DNA of 42,980 bases from positions 40,050,061 through 40,093,040 of the forward strand of contig NC_068993.1 in NCBI RefSeq assembly GCF_001194135.2. Direction: 5' to 3'. Positions 23,404 to 36,535 of this stretch are shown one piece after another (the stretch's first letter is position 1; each line of letters begins with the position of its first letter). This DNA is from Octopus bimaculoides. Its lineage: Eukaryota. A program made the translations under genes and the position numbers. The notes below the pieces were generated by a model, which was not told the DNA's origin, did not search any database, and worked only from the letters and a program-made list of their open reading frames with translations.

Positions 23404-23875
23404 TGAGTGAGCAGCGTATACCATCAAAGTAGAGCTGGGATACAATTAAACGAAGCCCAGTATACCGGCCATGGCTACCCGTCTGATAAAGGTACACCAT
23501 GCACATGCATCACAACCATATGTGCGTGACATGGGGATCTCATATCAAGATAAACGGCGCATGACCTTGCAGGTGGGACCCAGTTTGAATTTTCTTCAGG
23601 TTGAGTAGCCCATCTCATTCGAGAGGCCCCCTGTATAAGGATTGTTTAAGAAAGATGAATGAAACATCCATGTTTCGAGAGGTGAATTATTCAAATCTCA
23701 AAGAATTCCTATCAACACATGACCATGATGCTCCCCCATTACTCTTGCTCGTAACCAGAGATGCACAGCCACTAAGGGACATGCTCAACTGGTTAAGGTC
23801 AAACAATTGACAGGCAAATCAGTGGTATTGAGTAAAATATTTGCTGTAGACCATTTTTTACACCATGACAAAACA
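23404..23875. mobile_element. Same non-coding repeat, copy 2 (truncated by a SINE B copy)
   Basis: Shared blocks TACCCGTCTGATAA.GGTACACC, GATCTCATATCAAGATAAAC, GAATTTTCTTCAGGTTGAGTA, CAGCCACTAAGGGACATG. Confidence 0.7.
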
Positions 23876-24037
23876 TTGGCGAAATTTGAACTCTTTACAT
23901 TCAAATTCCGCTAAAGTGGACTTTACTTCTATCCTTTATGGGTCGATAAAATAAGTACGAGTTGAGCACTGGGGTCGATGTAATTGATTAATCCCCATCC
24001 CCGAACTTGCTGGCCTTGTGCCAAAATTTGAAACCAT
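23875..24037 (+). mobile_element. SINE family B
   Basis: TTCAAATTCCGC...GGGTCGATAAAATAAGTACGAGTTGAGCACTGGGGTCGATGTAAT...GCCTTGTGCCAAAATTTGAAACC. Confidence 0.85.
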
Positions 24038-24039
24038 TT

Positions 24040-24071
<32 letters not shown>

Positions 24072-24199
24072 CTTCTTCTTCTTCTTCTTCTTCTTCTTCT
24101 TCTTCTTCTTCTTCTTCTTCTTCTTCTTCTTCCACTTCTTCCATTTCTTCTTCAGTTACGATTGTCACTTCCTTCACTTAGCAGGGATGTTATTATGAG

Positions 24200-24440
24200 G
24201 TTCATGAGGCTTTCGTGACAGGCCTTCTCAAATCTCGAAGATCCTTTCTTAGAATTCTTGCAGAATACAGGATGACAACTTCCTGTAGGCTAGCAATATA
24301 CGCCTTAATTCTTAAAGTAGCTGATTGGATGTTGTGCCAAATGAACCGATTACCACGGGGACATCTTTGTCATCTGCAATCTCTTCATCTTTCTGACTAT
24401 GTCCTGATATTTTCTAGCTTTCTGAATGCAGTAATTTACC
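24200..24440 (-). pseudogene. Dong/R4-type non-LTR element, RLE C-terminal remnant
   Basis: Minus strand, frameshifted: KYQDIV.., VPVVIGSFGT, LQEVVILYSARILRK. Confidence 0.6.
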
Positions 24441-24567
24441 GACACAGTCACACCTGCGCTTATTTATAGCCATTTTATGCTATCTAATCTAATTCAACTA
24501 CGCGGTGGTTTACACTTACATAATATTCTACTTCTTGCACTGGTTCTTGTTCTTGTTATGCTACTTC

Positions 24568-24658
<91 letters not shown>

Positions 24659-24901
24659 TACTTATAAGTTGCTTTTCGTTACAATTACTCGCCGAGACAC
24701 ACCCAGTGTCCTAGGGTGAGTGAAGGATAAGAGATGTTACAGTATGCCTGAAAGCTTGGGGAGGGCAAGTGGAAGGGGCAGTAGCAAAATATCTTCATGT
24801 AATACAATCCATACATTTAAATTGATAGGGTTTTTCTAAGGATGTTGGCAATACTTGTCAGCACAACCTTTTGTATTTCTCTGAGACATGGTTCTCCTGG
24901 G
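24659..24901 (-). mobile_element. Dong/R4-type 3' end plus UTR, flanked by (TAA)n on both sides
   Basis: Minus strand PGEPCLREIQKVVLTSIANILRKTLSI* (stop 24819-24817), followed by UTR into (AAT)n. Confidence 0.72.
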
Positions 24902-24987
<86 letters not shown>

Positions 24988-25217
24988 TAACGCTTTCAGC
25001 TGGTAGAATCATTGATATATCGGACAAAATAGCTAGTGACATTTCTTCTGATACTTTACTTTTTCAGTTCAGAACCCGTAGGGGCTTAACTTTGCTTTCA
25101 TCCTTTCGAAGTCAATGAAATAAAACATCAGTCAAGTATTTAGATTTACGCAATAAACTTTATCCTCCTTTCAAATTTGCTGATCTTGTACAAAAATTAG
25201 AAATAATCATTATTATT

Positions 25218-25398
25218 GAGCTAGCAGACTCGTTACTGTGCTGGAGAGAAAGCTTAACGACATTTCTTACAGCTCATCATGTCTGCGTTCATATTCCACC
25301 GAGGTCGACTCTGCCTTTCATCCTACTGGGGTCGATACAATAAGTACCAGTTCAGCACTGGGGTTGATGTAATCAACTAAACTTTCCTCACAAAGGTT
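25218..25398 (+). mobile_element. SINE family B
   Basis: GAGCTAGCAG...GAGGTCGACTCTGCCTTTCATCCTACTGGGGTCGATACAATAAGTACCAGTTCAGCACTGGGG. Confidence 0.85.
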
Positions 25399-25461
25399 AT
25401 TATCATTATTATTATTATTATTATTATTATTTTTATTTTTATTTATTTATTTATTTTTTTA

Positions 25462-25720
25462 TTTATACAGAAAGGATTGAGGTAACTCCACCTGAAGATA
25501 TAGAGTCAAAATTAAAAGAAGAGTGCCATTTGCTATCTCGTGAACAATATTTCGACATCTTGCGTGTCTTCCACTGGTTCAAAAAATAAATTTGTCAATC
25601 TACTTCATTTTTGTTTATACAGAAAGGATTGAGGTAACTCCACCTGAAGATATAGAGTCATAATTAAAAGAAGAGTGCCATTTGCTATCTCGTGAACAAT
25701 ATTTCGACATCTTGCGTGTC
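25462..25720 (+). repeat. 107-bp direct duplication (25462-25568 / 25614-25720)
   Basis: One mismatch (GTCAAAATT vs GTCATAATT), 45-bp spacer. Confidence 0.9.
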
Positions 25721-25826
25721 ACTGCTTTTATCTCTTACAGAGACTTTTCTAACTAGCTAATTTGAAGCTAAATTTATTATTATTATTATTATTAGTAGTA
25801 GTATTATTATTATTATTAATAGCCCG

Positions 25827-26700
<874 letters not shown>

Positions 26701-26795
26701 GTTACTGCTTTTATCTCTTACAGAGACTTTTCTAACTAGCTAATTTGAAGCTAAATATTTATCGTGTAATTCGAGTTTCTCACCACGATCAACTT

Positions 26796-26982
26796 CGGGC
26801 GAAATACTTAGCGGTATTTCGTCTGTCTACATGTTCTGAGATCAAATGCCGCCGGGGTCGACTTTGTCTTTCATCGTTTCGGGGTCAAAAAATTAAGTAC
26901 TAGTTACCCACTGGAGTCGATGTAATCGACTCACCCCAATTCCACAAATTTCAGGTCTTGTGCCTATAGGAGAAAGGATTAT
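26796..26982 (+). mobile_element. SINE family B (AGAAAGGATT tail type)
   Basis: GGGGTCGACTTTGTCTTTCATCGTTTCGGGGTC..AAGTAC...CAGGTCTTGTGCCTATAGGAGAAAGGATT. Confidence 0.85.
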
Positions 26983-27012
26983 ATTACATTGCAATATGTT
27001 ATGTTATATTGG

Positions 27013-27200
27013 ATTCAAATTTGGTATAAGGCCAGCAAGTTCGAGGGAAGGCGTAAGTGGATTACATCGACCCAAGGCTCAACGGCCACTTATTTTATCG
27101 ATACTAGAAGGATGACAGGCAAAGACCGCCTCGACTAAATTCCAAAGCAGACTATAAAGACGAACGAAATGCTTCTGAGCATTTTGTTGGTAACGATTCT
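27013..27200 (-). mobile_element. SINE family B
   Basis: Reverse complement ..TTTGCCTGTCATCCTTCTAGTATCGATAAAATAAGTG..GGGTCGATGTAATC..GCTGGCCTTATACCAAATTTGAAT. Confidence 0.75.
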
Positions 27201-27303
27201 ACATTATATTACAATATAATGTAATATGTTATATTACATTATATTCTATATATTTGCATGTAGTAATGAAAGGGAAGAGTAGAACCAATACTATACAAGA
27301 ACT

Positions 27304-27510
27304 GCGAGCTGGCAGAATCGTAGCACGGAAAAATGCTTAGCAGCATTTCGTACCTCATTACGTTCTGAGTTGAAATTCTACTGAAGTCGACTTTGCCTTT
27401 CATCCATCCGTGGTCGATAAAACAAGTACCAGTTGTGGACTGGGGTCAGTGTAATCGATTCACCCTTTCCCCCGATCTTGCTAGCCTTGTGCCAAAATTG
27501 GAAATCATTA
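27304..27510 (+). mobile_element. SINE family B, full length
   Basis: GCGAGCTGGCAGAATCG A-box head, GTTGAAATTC B-box-like, GTCGACTTTGCCTTTCATCC..GGTCGATAAAACAAGTACCAG, tail GCCTTGTGCCAAAATTGGAAA. Confidence 0.88.
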
Positions 27511-28911
27511 TAGTATACGTTCGCACGCCCCCACCCCCCACACACACACGCGCTCACACGCACACATTCTTATGATGTTCAGGAGATTATTTTTATTTAA
27601 AACGTATGATTCACCTTTTCCATTTCTCTAAATTTCATTTTCACGAAATATAGGTTGTAACTTCTTTTTCGCTTCACTATTTCGTTTGTATGACTTACGT
27701 ATTGTATGGCGTCTTATTCTCTCTTGTAAATGGTTCTGATGTCAAACTAAACTATTGAACAATATATTAGGAGCATTGTCGTATCGTTACTTTCACAGGC
27801 AAATAAGCTATTATTTGCATGTCTTTCTCATTCTCTGTCTTTTATGTTATGTATGTATATGTGTATTTGTATGTGCCTGAAGGTGTGTCTGAGTATATGT
27901 ACATGTTTGTGTATGTACGTATGTGAGCATGTGTGGTCTAGTCTTTATTGATTGATGGCCACACAAAATATACTCCAGTTGCCACACAACTCCTATTGAA
28001 ATAGACAGATTGTCGCCCTTTCTCTCTAAATAATGCTGCATTATTTGAAGGTACGTTTGGGATTGATGGATAGAACAAAAACTAATACTTTTGAAATTTT
28101 GATAAACCTCAATATCACTAGCTGCAAATAACCCTTCTTCGTTTATATAAATCTATCAACGGTAAAATCGCCATTTTGCCTTCTTAAATACTATCTGAAA
28201 TCCCCGCTGGTGTATCATTCTTTGTGTTTATAGTTTTATTGGTTCCTTTTCGTATACATAAATAGCGTTTCCTGCCGCATGTGACGTTCCCATCTATTTT
28301 CTTTTAAATTACCGCTTGTGTCTCGATCTAAGAAATGTTTTTGTTTTGCAGCTTAGTAACTATATCCTGTAGACAATTGTCTACTGCTAGGTAGGTACTT
28401 CACAATGTATATATACACACTGGAAGCTTTAAAAGTGCCCTACATTAACAGTAACAACAGTAAGTTGTAGTATCAACATTAACTGAGGATGTAAAGAAAT
28501 AAGCTGAATGTGTTTTATGTATAGAGGTGGGGTACGGAAATTGCAGTTGGGTGGCCTTCTGTTTACGATCAGTAAAATTCGGAAACACCTTTAACTGTTC
28601 GTACACAAAGTTTTCTTCATATTTCCGATTCCTTTAATTTTTATTCTGTTTATTATTATATTGTTGTATTTGTTTTTTTGTTGTTGCTGCTGCTGTAGTT
28701 ATTGTTGTTATTACTATTGTTATTATCATTATTTTGTGAGAAATATAAAACCATCTTAAGAATCAGCAAAAGAGATGATAGTATGTGCAGAGATGATAGT
28801 ATGTGATAGTATGATGAAGGCTGTCGTTGTTATATCTCATGTAGAGCTTGCAAACGTATTTGAATCTTAGACAAATGTGTGTGAGTATGCATGTATTACT
28901 TATTCCTTTAT

Positions 28912-28985
<74 letters not shown>
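28912..28985. repeat. (AGAT)n microsatellite
   Basis: Direct reading. Confidence 0.95.
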
Positions 28986-28987
<2 letters not shown>

Positions 28988-29591
28988 GCCTTGCTGTGAG
29001 AAAAAAAAAGAAGTTTAAAATCCTCTTATGCATTTTTGATATGCAAAATAAAACAGAGTTGAGAAGTCTCCTGCCTGACCATTTCATTGTTTATTGCCCA
29101 CTCTGTAGGGAAGACCTGACCGGTTTCCTTCCCCATTGAATAGCATTGAATATTCAGCTAATATATATAGTAGTCATAAATAAAGTTATTAAATTGATAT
29201 TCAAATATATTTCATTAATTATGACATGATTATATTATGTATGAGATATGCATTGTTTAGTATGTACTTGGAGGTTATTCCAGAGAACTAATGCTCTTTG
29301 GATATGACTTGGCGTAGAGATACATACGAGACGAGGCCTGGAAAGGGGTCACAGTATGATGAGGATAGGAGAAACGCGTGTCTCGAGTGAATTTGAGTGG
29401 AGATGATGTAAAACTACCCAGCCCCGATCAGCGGAATTCACTGTAATAACGGTCAAAAATACAGAGAAATTACATTCAGCGCGTCAGTGGAAAAAAGGAT
29501 GCAATGGGCTTGCGAACGATTCAATGCCAATCAGATAGTTCAAATCTGCGTGGGACGTACTTTAGGGTGTCAATATGTATGGCAGTAAATT

Positions 29592-29774
29592 AAGGCGATG
29601 AGCTGGCAGAATAGTTACCATGCCGGGTAAAATGTTTAGCGGTATTTCGTCCGTGTTTATGTTCTAAATTCAAATTCCGCATCGGACGACTTTGCGTTCA
29701 TCATTTTGTGGTCGATAAAATAAGTACCAGTCGAGCACTAATTTTGATGGCCTTGCGCCAGAATTTCAAACCAA
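29592..29774 (+). mobile_element. SINE family B with internal deletion
   Basis: AAGGCGATGAGCTGGCAGAAT..TTCAAATTCCGC..GGTCGATAAAATAAGTACCAG..GGCCTTGCGCCAGAATTTCAAACC. Confidence 0.85.
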
Positions 29775-29783
29775 TATGTAGAG

Positions 29784-29820
29784 CTCCGGCGTGCTAACGA
29801 TCTTGCCAGCTCACTGCCTT
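29784..29820 (-). mobile_element. SINE family B head fragment
   Basis: Reverse complement TAAGGCAGTGAGCTGGCAAGATCGTTAGCACGCCGG. Confidence 0.6.
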
Positions 29821-30511
29821 ATCTGAATTGAAAATTAGAGTTATTGAGTAAACGTAATTCAGACTTCGTCGTGAAGTCTTTTAATCTAAAGTGTTCCGGT
29901 AGATAATAATCTAATCTTATTTAAAGAGACATAATATATCTAGGATTACAATATCCAGTGTACCTTTCAACAGTTCAGACAGTAAAGTGTGATTTGGGCG
30001 ATATATTGCTGATCTTTTAAACCGATCCAGTGATTGCATAAAGAAACAGTTGGCTTATAGATAATTATTGAAAATATTCGATATTTGCTCATCTGTCCTA
30101 TATGCATGGTAGCTTATAGGTATCAAAATATCGTCCAGGTTCATACGTGCAAGGTTGTGTCTGTATTACCTGGTTTAATGTTCTAAAATTTTTTTCTTGG
30201 TTTTGAGTTACTGAAATTAAAGCATGTCTGTAATACTCGTGCGTCTTTTACGCCATCAAATACAGTAATTAATATTTGTAAGAATGCATGCAGTATATTT
30301 CACTCAAAGAAATACTCTTGAAGGTTTGATATTGTGCAACACCAAATGGCACCGAACAACAAGTTGTAGTCTAAACGTAGTTTTATGTCTCAAATCTTAT
30401 TTTCTGAAGCAAAATTACACCGATTCTACTGACTGGTTTGCAACAAAGAAGAAGATGTTTAACAATTGACATGAACAAAGAATTTATATTTATGTGAACA
30501 AGCAAGACAGT

Positions 30512-30727
30512 AAGGTGGCAAATTCGTTAGCACGTCCGGCAAGTTGCTTAGCAGCATTTCGTCCATCATTACGTTCGGCGATCAAATTCTGCTGACGTCA
30601 ACTACGCATTTGGTCCTTCCAAGATCAAATTTAAAAAAAAAAAACGACAGTTGAGCACTGGGGCCAATGAAACCGTCTAGCCCCTTTCCCCCGAAATTTC
30701 AGGCATTGTGCCTAAAGTAAAAAGGAT
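30512..30727 (+). mobile_element. SINE family B (decayed)
   Basis: TGGCAAATTCGTTAGCACG..GCTTAGCAGCATTTCG..AGTTGAGCACTGGGG..TTTCAGGCATTGTGCCTAAAGTAAAAAGGAT. Confidence 0.75.
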
Positions 30728-31288
30728 ATGTATGTATGTATGTATGCATGTATGTGCATACGTACGTATGTACGCATCTATGGATTTATATGCGTACGTC
30801 TTTTTATGTGCGTAAATATGCGTGTGCGTGTGTGCGCATGTAAGTATTTATATAAGACAATGAAGATAAATAGCAACACATAATAGAAAACGGTTTTTAG
30901 AAGTTTAATCTACGCTAACAACGTATAAAACCGTTGTTTTATTCCCTGCTGCCATAAGCATCGTGTTTGGCAAGGGGAATTAACAAAGTACTCTTGACTC
31001 CTTCGTAGCGTTTGGCTTACATTAAGGAAGCTTTTACGACCCATGGCAACGTGTAGGTGGCACTGTTGTAGCTTTTATAGTTAAGCTGTTTACAAAAGAT
31101 TGCAATATTTATATTTCATTTTCCCGTGCTGTTTTATGCCATTTTTAGNNNNNNNNNNNNNNNNNNNNNNNNNNNNNNNNNNNNNNNNNNNNNNNNNNNN
31201 NNNNNNNNNNNNNNNNNNNNNNNNNNNNNNNNNNNNNNNNNNNNNNNNNNNNNNNNNNNNNNNNNNNNNNNNNNNNNNNNNNNNNNNN

Positions 31289-31329
<41 letters not shown>

Positions 31330-32743
31330 CTTGCGAATGTATTTTCCATTACTTAGGTATGGCTTTCGTTCCGCTTTAAAAAGCACCCATTACAATAATG
31401 GTGTCCGAAATAATAATAAAAAAATCTTATAGGCTTAATACATAAAAATGGAGTTTGCTTTTCAACACCGCTAAGCAAGTATTGAATATTATCTCGTTAC
31501 GTTATAAAGCCGTATTACTTATTACTAAAGAATAACTGTCATATTTGTCTCTTCGGAACAGTGTTACCTGCAGTCAGATTATTAGAGTTCCAGAAGATTT
31601 TAATCAAACACAGAGTAAATGTTTTACAGCGAAATGCACAAACAGAACAAATGGCGTATATAAACTTATAACATGGTGACATGTTGTATTGCTTATATGT
31701 TGTATGTTATATTGTAGGTTTTGTTAGAAAGATGTTTATAAGCGTGTTTATAAATATGTCTGTTGAGAAACGCAAATATTACACAGTGATCTGATGCACA
31801 TATATTAGACAAAGACACTCATACACTCGGGCACGCATGCATGAACACACACACTCATACACACACATATACACACATATTATATATACATAGTGTTGCA
31901 TACACATCATATGTGTGTGTGTGTATATGTGTGTGTGTACGAACAACTCTCGCTTCTCCTCATTGAGTATTGTTGGAAAATTGCCGCCCATACCTTTCTA
32001 TACACGTGCGGACGCACACACACACACATACATATAAGCATACATATACATACACACATATATATAAATATATATGCATATATACATACATGTATATATA
32101 TGTATGTGTATATATATATATATATNNNNNNNNNNNNNNNNNNNNNNNNNNNNNNNNNNNNNNNNNNNNNNNNNNNNNNNNNNNNNNNNNNNNNNNNNNN
32201 NNNNNNNNNNNNNNNNNNNNNNNNNNNNNNNNNNNNNNNNNNNNNNNNNNNNNNNNNNNNNNNNNNNNNNNNNNNNNNNNNNNNNNNNNNNNNNNNNNNN
32301 NNNNNNNNNNNNNNNNNNNNNNNNNNNNNNNNNNNNNNNNNNNNNNNNNNNNNNNNNNNNNNNNNNNNNNNNNNNNNNNNNNNNNNNNNNNNNNNNNNNN
32401 NNNNNNNNNNNNNNNNNNNNNNNNNNNNNNNNNNNNNNNNNNNNNNNNNNNNNNNNNNNNNNNNNNNNNNNNNNNNNNNNNNNNNNNNNNNNNNNNNNNN
32501 NNNNNNNNNNNNNNNNNNNNNNNNNNNNNNNNNNNNNNNNNNNNNNNNNNNNNNNNNNNNNNNNNNNNNNNNNNNNNNNNNNNNNNNNNNNNNNNNNNNN
32601 NNNNNNNNNNNNNNNNNNNNNNNNNNNNNNNNNNNNNNNNNNNNNNNNNNNNNNNNNNNNNNNNNNNNNNNNNNNNNNNNNNNNNNNNNNNNNNNNNNNN
32701 NNNNNNNNNNNNNNNNNNNNNNNNNNNNNNNNNNNNNNNNNNN

Positions 32744-32848
32744 AAGTACCAGTGAAACACTGGGGTCGATGTTATCAACTAGCCCCCCTCCCCCCACCAC
32801 CACTCTCCAAAATGTTAGGTATTGTGCCCATAGTAGAAAGGATTATTA
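32744..32848 (+). mobile_element. SINE family B 3' half (5' lost in gap)
   Basis: AAGTACCAGTGAAACACTGGGGTCGATGT..TGTGCCCATAGTAGAAAGGATT. Confidence 0.8.
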
Positions 32849-33164
32849 ATATTTATACTCATCGTCGTCTTCTGCCTCATCTTCTCTTCATCATCATTTT
32901 CTCCTTCCTCTATTTTGCTTCTTCCTTTTCATTCTGCCATACTTATCCTGTTAGGCAATCACGGACCTACCAAACCTGTCCTGTCCTACACAAAATTTAG
33001 CACATTTTCCGGTCGGTCGTTCTATTGCCTTTTAGTAAAAACATCGAGTATCCACTCCTTCTCTCTCTTCTTCTTTCTCTTTTTCTATCTCACTCCTTCT
33101 CACTCTCCGTTTCTCTCTCTTTATGTACCTATGTATCTATCTCTTATGTATCTATCTCTAACTT

Positions 33165-33655
33165 CTCTGGCCTCATCTTTTTAATTGCTCAGCTGTCACT
33201 AAGTTCTCTTAGGTTGCTCTATCACATGTGATGTTCAATTAACTTAGTCCGTTGCTTCTTTACGATCTTATAAGGTTTTCTTGTGGTTTCTGTTATCTAA
33301 ATACTTCAACGCTTTTTTTTTTACTCAATCATAGTGTTCTTTCAGCGTTGGTTTAACTAACCACGTCTCTGTAGCATTGATAAGATGTTGCACTTGTTTA
33401 TTGTTGCTCCAAGTCACAGACATATATAAGGATGGGCTGTACGAATGTCCCTCTAGGAATCTTTATTTTATTCTTATTGATAGCAGTTCGTTTGACAATA
33501 TATGTTTGATCTCACCGAAAGCACCCTTAGGTTTTCCGTCCTTTACATCCATTCTTTGATGTTTTCCTCATCTAATACAAATATGGCTTCCAAATCGTCT
33601 TTTTTTTCTTCTTATATTGTTTCTTTAATTTGTACTTTGTCGTATAATGACAACA
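33165..33655 (-). pseudogene. Decayed RTE-like LINE, post-RT C-terminal region
   Basis: Minus strand FGSHI, KGAFGEIKHILSNELLSIRIK*RFL..LYMSVTW..INATETW, IVKKQRTKLIEHHM. Confidence 0.7.
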
Positions 33656-34216
33656 ATGATTTAACACAACCCTCCGTTAAATAACATACAGAAAAATTTC
33701 TTCAGGGCATTGTGCAAAAGGAGATAACTATATGTGGTCCTTCAACTAGTGTGATATAACAGCCAAATATTTTCCTCAAATCGCACACAGCTACCTTAAA
33801 AAAAAATGGAAGAACACATATTAGAACAATGTAGTAGATATTCTATACCTACAATAAAACGGAATTGTCTCGATTTGATACATTTAATCTTAAGTATCTC
33901 TCATCTGAGTTGAAATGGTGTTAAACAACATCAGCCAAGGTACCATTGAAGAAACCTCATTAAAGTCCCTTGACCTGCTAGAAATAATCACCAAATCGCC
34001 GCCAAAATCACAGCTTGCAGCTAGATATGAATTGTCGTTTAAGAAAGGACACGATGGTCACAGTTAGAATATATTTGATCAAACGTCACTTCAATAAAAT
34101 CTACTTTAGCCCTAAATAATAGGAATGGCTATTAAACATTTGGTCGTTGTTGCTTAGCCTTCAGCTAGGTTTGAGTGAGTAAACATCTGATCAACTGAAT
34201 CTCACTTGAAATTATC

Positions 34217-34540
34217 CTCGCATGGCTTAGTGGCTAGGTCATTCGGTGCACGATCGTAGCGTGGTGTGTTTGATTTCCGGCTACATGTTGTGTCCTTGAA
34301 CAGGACACTTTATTTCCTGTTGCTCCACCTCACTCAGCTGATGAAATTGCTTACTAACTTTATTTCAAAGCGCCAGCCTTGTCATAGTCTGTGTCACTCT
34401 CAGTCTCCCAGAGAACTACGTTAAGGATACTCGTCTCTGTGGATTGCTCTGCGACTTGCACGTTATTATCCCGAACACACTGTTCCGTTGAGCGGATCAG
34501 CTGGAATAGAACCCTCGTCGTCGCAACCGGTGGAGTGCCA
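34217..34540 (+). mobile_element. tRNA-derived SINE, family C
   Basis: A box TGGCTTAGTGG, B-box-like GTTTGATTTCC, GTTGTGTCCTTGAACAGGACACTT (CORE-like), long tail ending GTCGTCGCAACCGGTGGAGTGCCA. Confidence 0.8.
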
Positions 34541-34679
34541 GTTGTTTTCAGATAAAGTGTATGTAGGACTCCAGTGTGTGCTTTCCTTTCTAAGTAAGTC
34601 GTGTGACTTTCTGTTTTTGACCAATTAGAACTAGCTTTCACGTCTTTTAGACAAAATGACACGTGTGCGCGAGTGAGTA

Positions 34680-34682
<3 letters not shown>

Positions 34683-34740
<58 letters not shown>
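34683..34740. repeat. (GT)n microsatellite
   Basis: Direct reading. Confidence 0.95.
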
Positions 34741-34744
<4 letters not shown>

Positions 34745-34825
34745 CTACATCACATATTGCAATATTCCATTTTTGAGGGAGTAGGAATTGGTTTGAAAGA
34801 GATTTAGTTATAATGTATGTATATT

Positions 34826-35041
34826 CGAGGGGTGGGGCCTAAACAATTCCTGGCTTTGAGTAAAAGAAAATACAGTTAATTATGATTTTATTCAACGTAT
34901 TCTCCGCCTCAGATTCGTACACTTATTGCAGTGGTCCTTCAGTTTTTTTTTCTGTAAAAGACCTCGGAAGGTTAGGCCTCCAACCAGGCCTTTCGCAATA
35001 CCCTTAAAGCCAGGAACTTTTCAGCACCACCACCCCCTCCG
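34826..35041. mobile_element. Mariner-type MITE with decayed TIRs
   Basis: CGAGGGG..AATTCCTGGCTTT vs AAAGCCAGGAACTTTTCAGCACC..CCCTCCG, TA-flanked. Confidence 0.75.
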
Positions 35042-35743
35042 TATATGACGTGTTTCTGCATTTATGCAGACTAATACATTATATCACCTCTCTGAACAGA
35101 AATCCAAATATTTGTCAATGATTTCTGTTACTCATGCGTTTCAACAACTTGCTACCTTTCACACTCGCCCACTACATGTTCATAAACCTAAAATGTCAAC
35201 AGTAAAGTCCTTATTGGGAAAAGCTTCTGGATTGTTGTCTCTCAGAGAGGAATTCAACTAATAAAAAAGTAAATTATTTAATAAGTTACATATTAGTCAA
35301 TAATGAATATATACAACTTAGTAAACCAAGCGATGGAACAATACAGACGAAAATTAAATACAATACAAGCAATACATTACAACATGCATCAATGAAACAG
35401 CACATAAAAGGTAATAAATGAACCAAATGTTTATTGGGTATATCATTATGGAAAATACTGATAAAACTGATGACAATACGCATTGCACACAATAATAGAA
35501 TAGTATTAATATCTTGCAAAAAAACGCTAAAATTGATATCTAAACATCAACTACAAGCGATAATCTACTAGATGTATTCCAGGTGAGTTAACTTCATGTA
35601 CATTGGTCAATCATGCTTTTAAACGGAGCCATTGGAACATTAGGTAGTATAATACGAAAGTAAATAGAAGCCATAGAAACATATCAGTTGATAACAGCCG
35701 TTCTCTAAAAGAAGTGTAAAAAAATTACTGAAACTTTATCAAT

Positions 35744-35955
35744 AGCTGGAAGAGTTATTAAAGCATCGGATCGAATCACCAGTGGTATTTCTTCCGGATT
35801 TTTACGTTCCGAGTTCAAACACCACTGAGGTCGAGTTTGCCTTCCATTCTTTCAAGGTCGATAACATAAAACGCCAGTCACATATTGGGTGGATGTAATT
35901 GATTAACCCCCTTCGATTAAAACTGCTGTTCTTGACCTAAAAATTGGAAATGATT
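35744..35955 (+). mobile_element. SINE family B (decayed)
   Basis: GAGTTCAAAC B box, GAGGTCGAGTTTGCCTTCCATTCTTTCAAGGTCGATAAC. Confidence 0.72.
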
Positions 35956-36216
35956 TATTAATAGAGAGGGCAATTGGAAGGGACGTGGGTAGGTGATCTT
36001 TCGATCAAACTAAGAAGACCGTGCTACCATTGTTCTTTCCAAATTGCTGATACAATATATCGAGTGCAGCGCCGTGGCAGATGTGTTTGGTGTTTTCAAT
36101 GATGGGGTGGAATTTGAACCCAGAAAAGATAACTGCAACATAACCCTTCCGACGCTCTAAAAATTCCACTTTTCCAGCACTCTTCTTAATCGATCCCGAA
36201 ATGTTGAAAATAAAGT

Positions 36217-36248
<32 letters not shown>

Positions 36249-36392
36249 TGTATGCATGCATGTGTTTATAATATCCCTATATATAAATATATATGTTTGT
36301 ATGTATGTATGTTTGTATGAATAGGACAACAAAAGAAAGAAAGAGACCGCGATATTATGTAAATAGAGGAATTTATCTGTAAAAATATGTGA

Positions 36393-36535
36393 CACTTATT
36401 CGGTAGCCATGATAAAACTCAGAGTTTCGGATGCCGGGATGGAATTTTCAATGGCGGATAACTGAAGAGATGTTGGCGTGAGTTCCCAACCCGGCATCCG
36501 AAACTCGGAATTTTATCATGGCTACCGAATAAGTG
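36393..36535. repeat. 46-bp inverted repeat enclosing a hammerhead core
   Basis: 36393-36438 vs reverse complement of 36490-36535: 44/46 identical; the right arm runs into an assembly gap. Confidence 0.9.
36457..36517 (+). ncRNA. Type-I hammerhead ribozyme candidate (decayed)
   Basis: Helix I GAUAA/UUAUC, core CUGAAGA (36462-36468), helix II GAUGUUGG/CCGGCAUC, C-GAAA (36499-36503), helix III ACUC-G-GAAU-U (perfect ACUC-U-GAGU-U in the inverted left arm). Confidence 0.68.

Noticed and set aside
29350-29395. ATGATGA...GAAACGCGTG hammerhead-like string
   Set aside because: C3 missing, no helix II, GUG triplet, no adjacent helix I
29900-30215. Protein-looking minus-strand frames (TQNQEKNF...CTYEPGRYFDTYKLPCI*) after TTTAATTTCAG
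   Set aside because: Short, stop-bounded, no recognisable family; cannot be supported without RNA evidence
36000-36210. Possible very decayed minus-strand SINE
   Set aside because: Only a B-box-like GGGTTCAAATTCC is recognisable; boundaries cannot be supported
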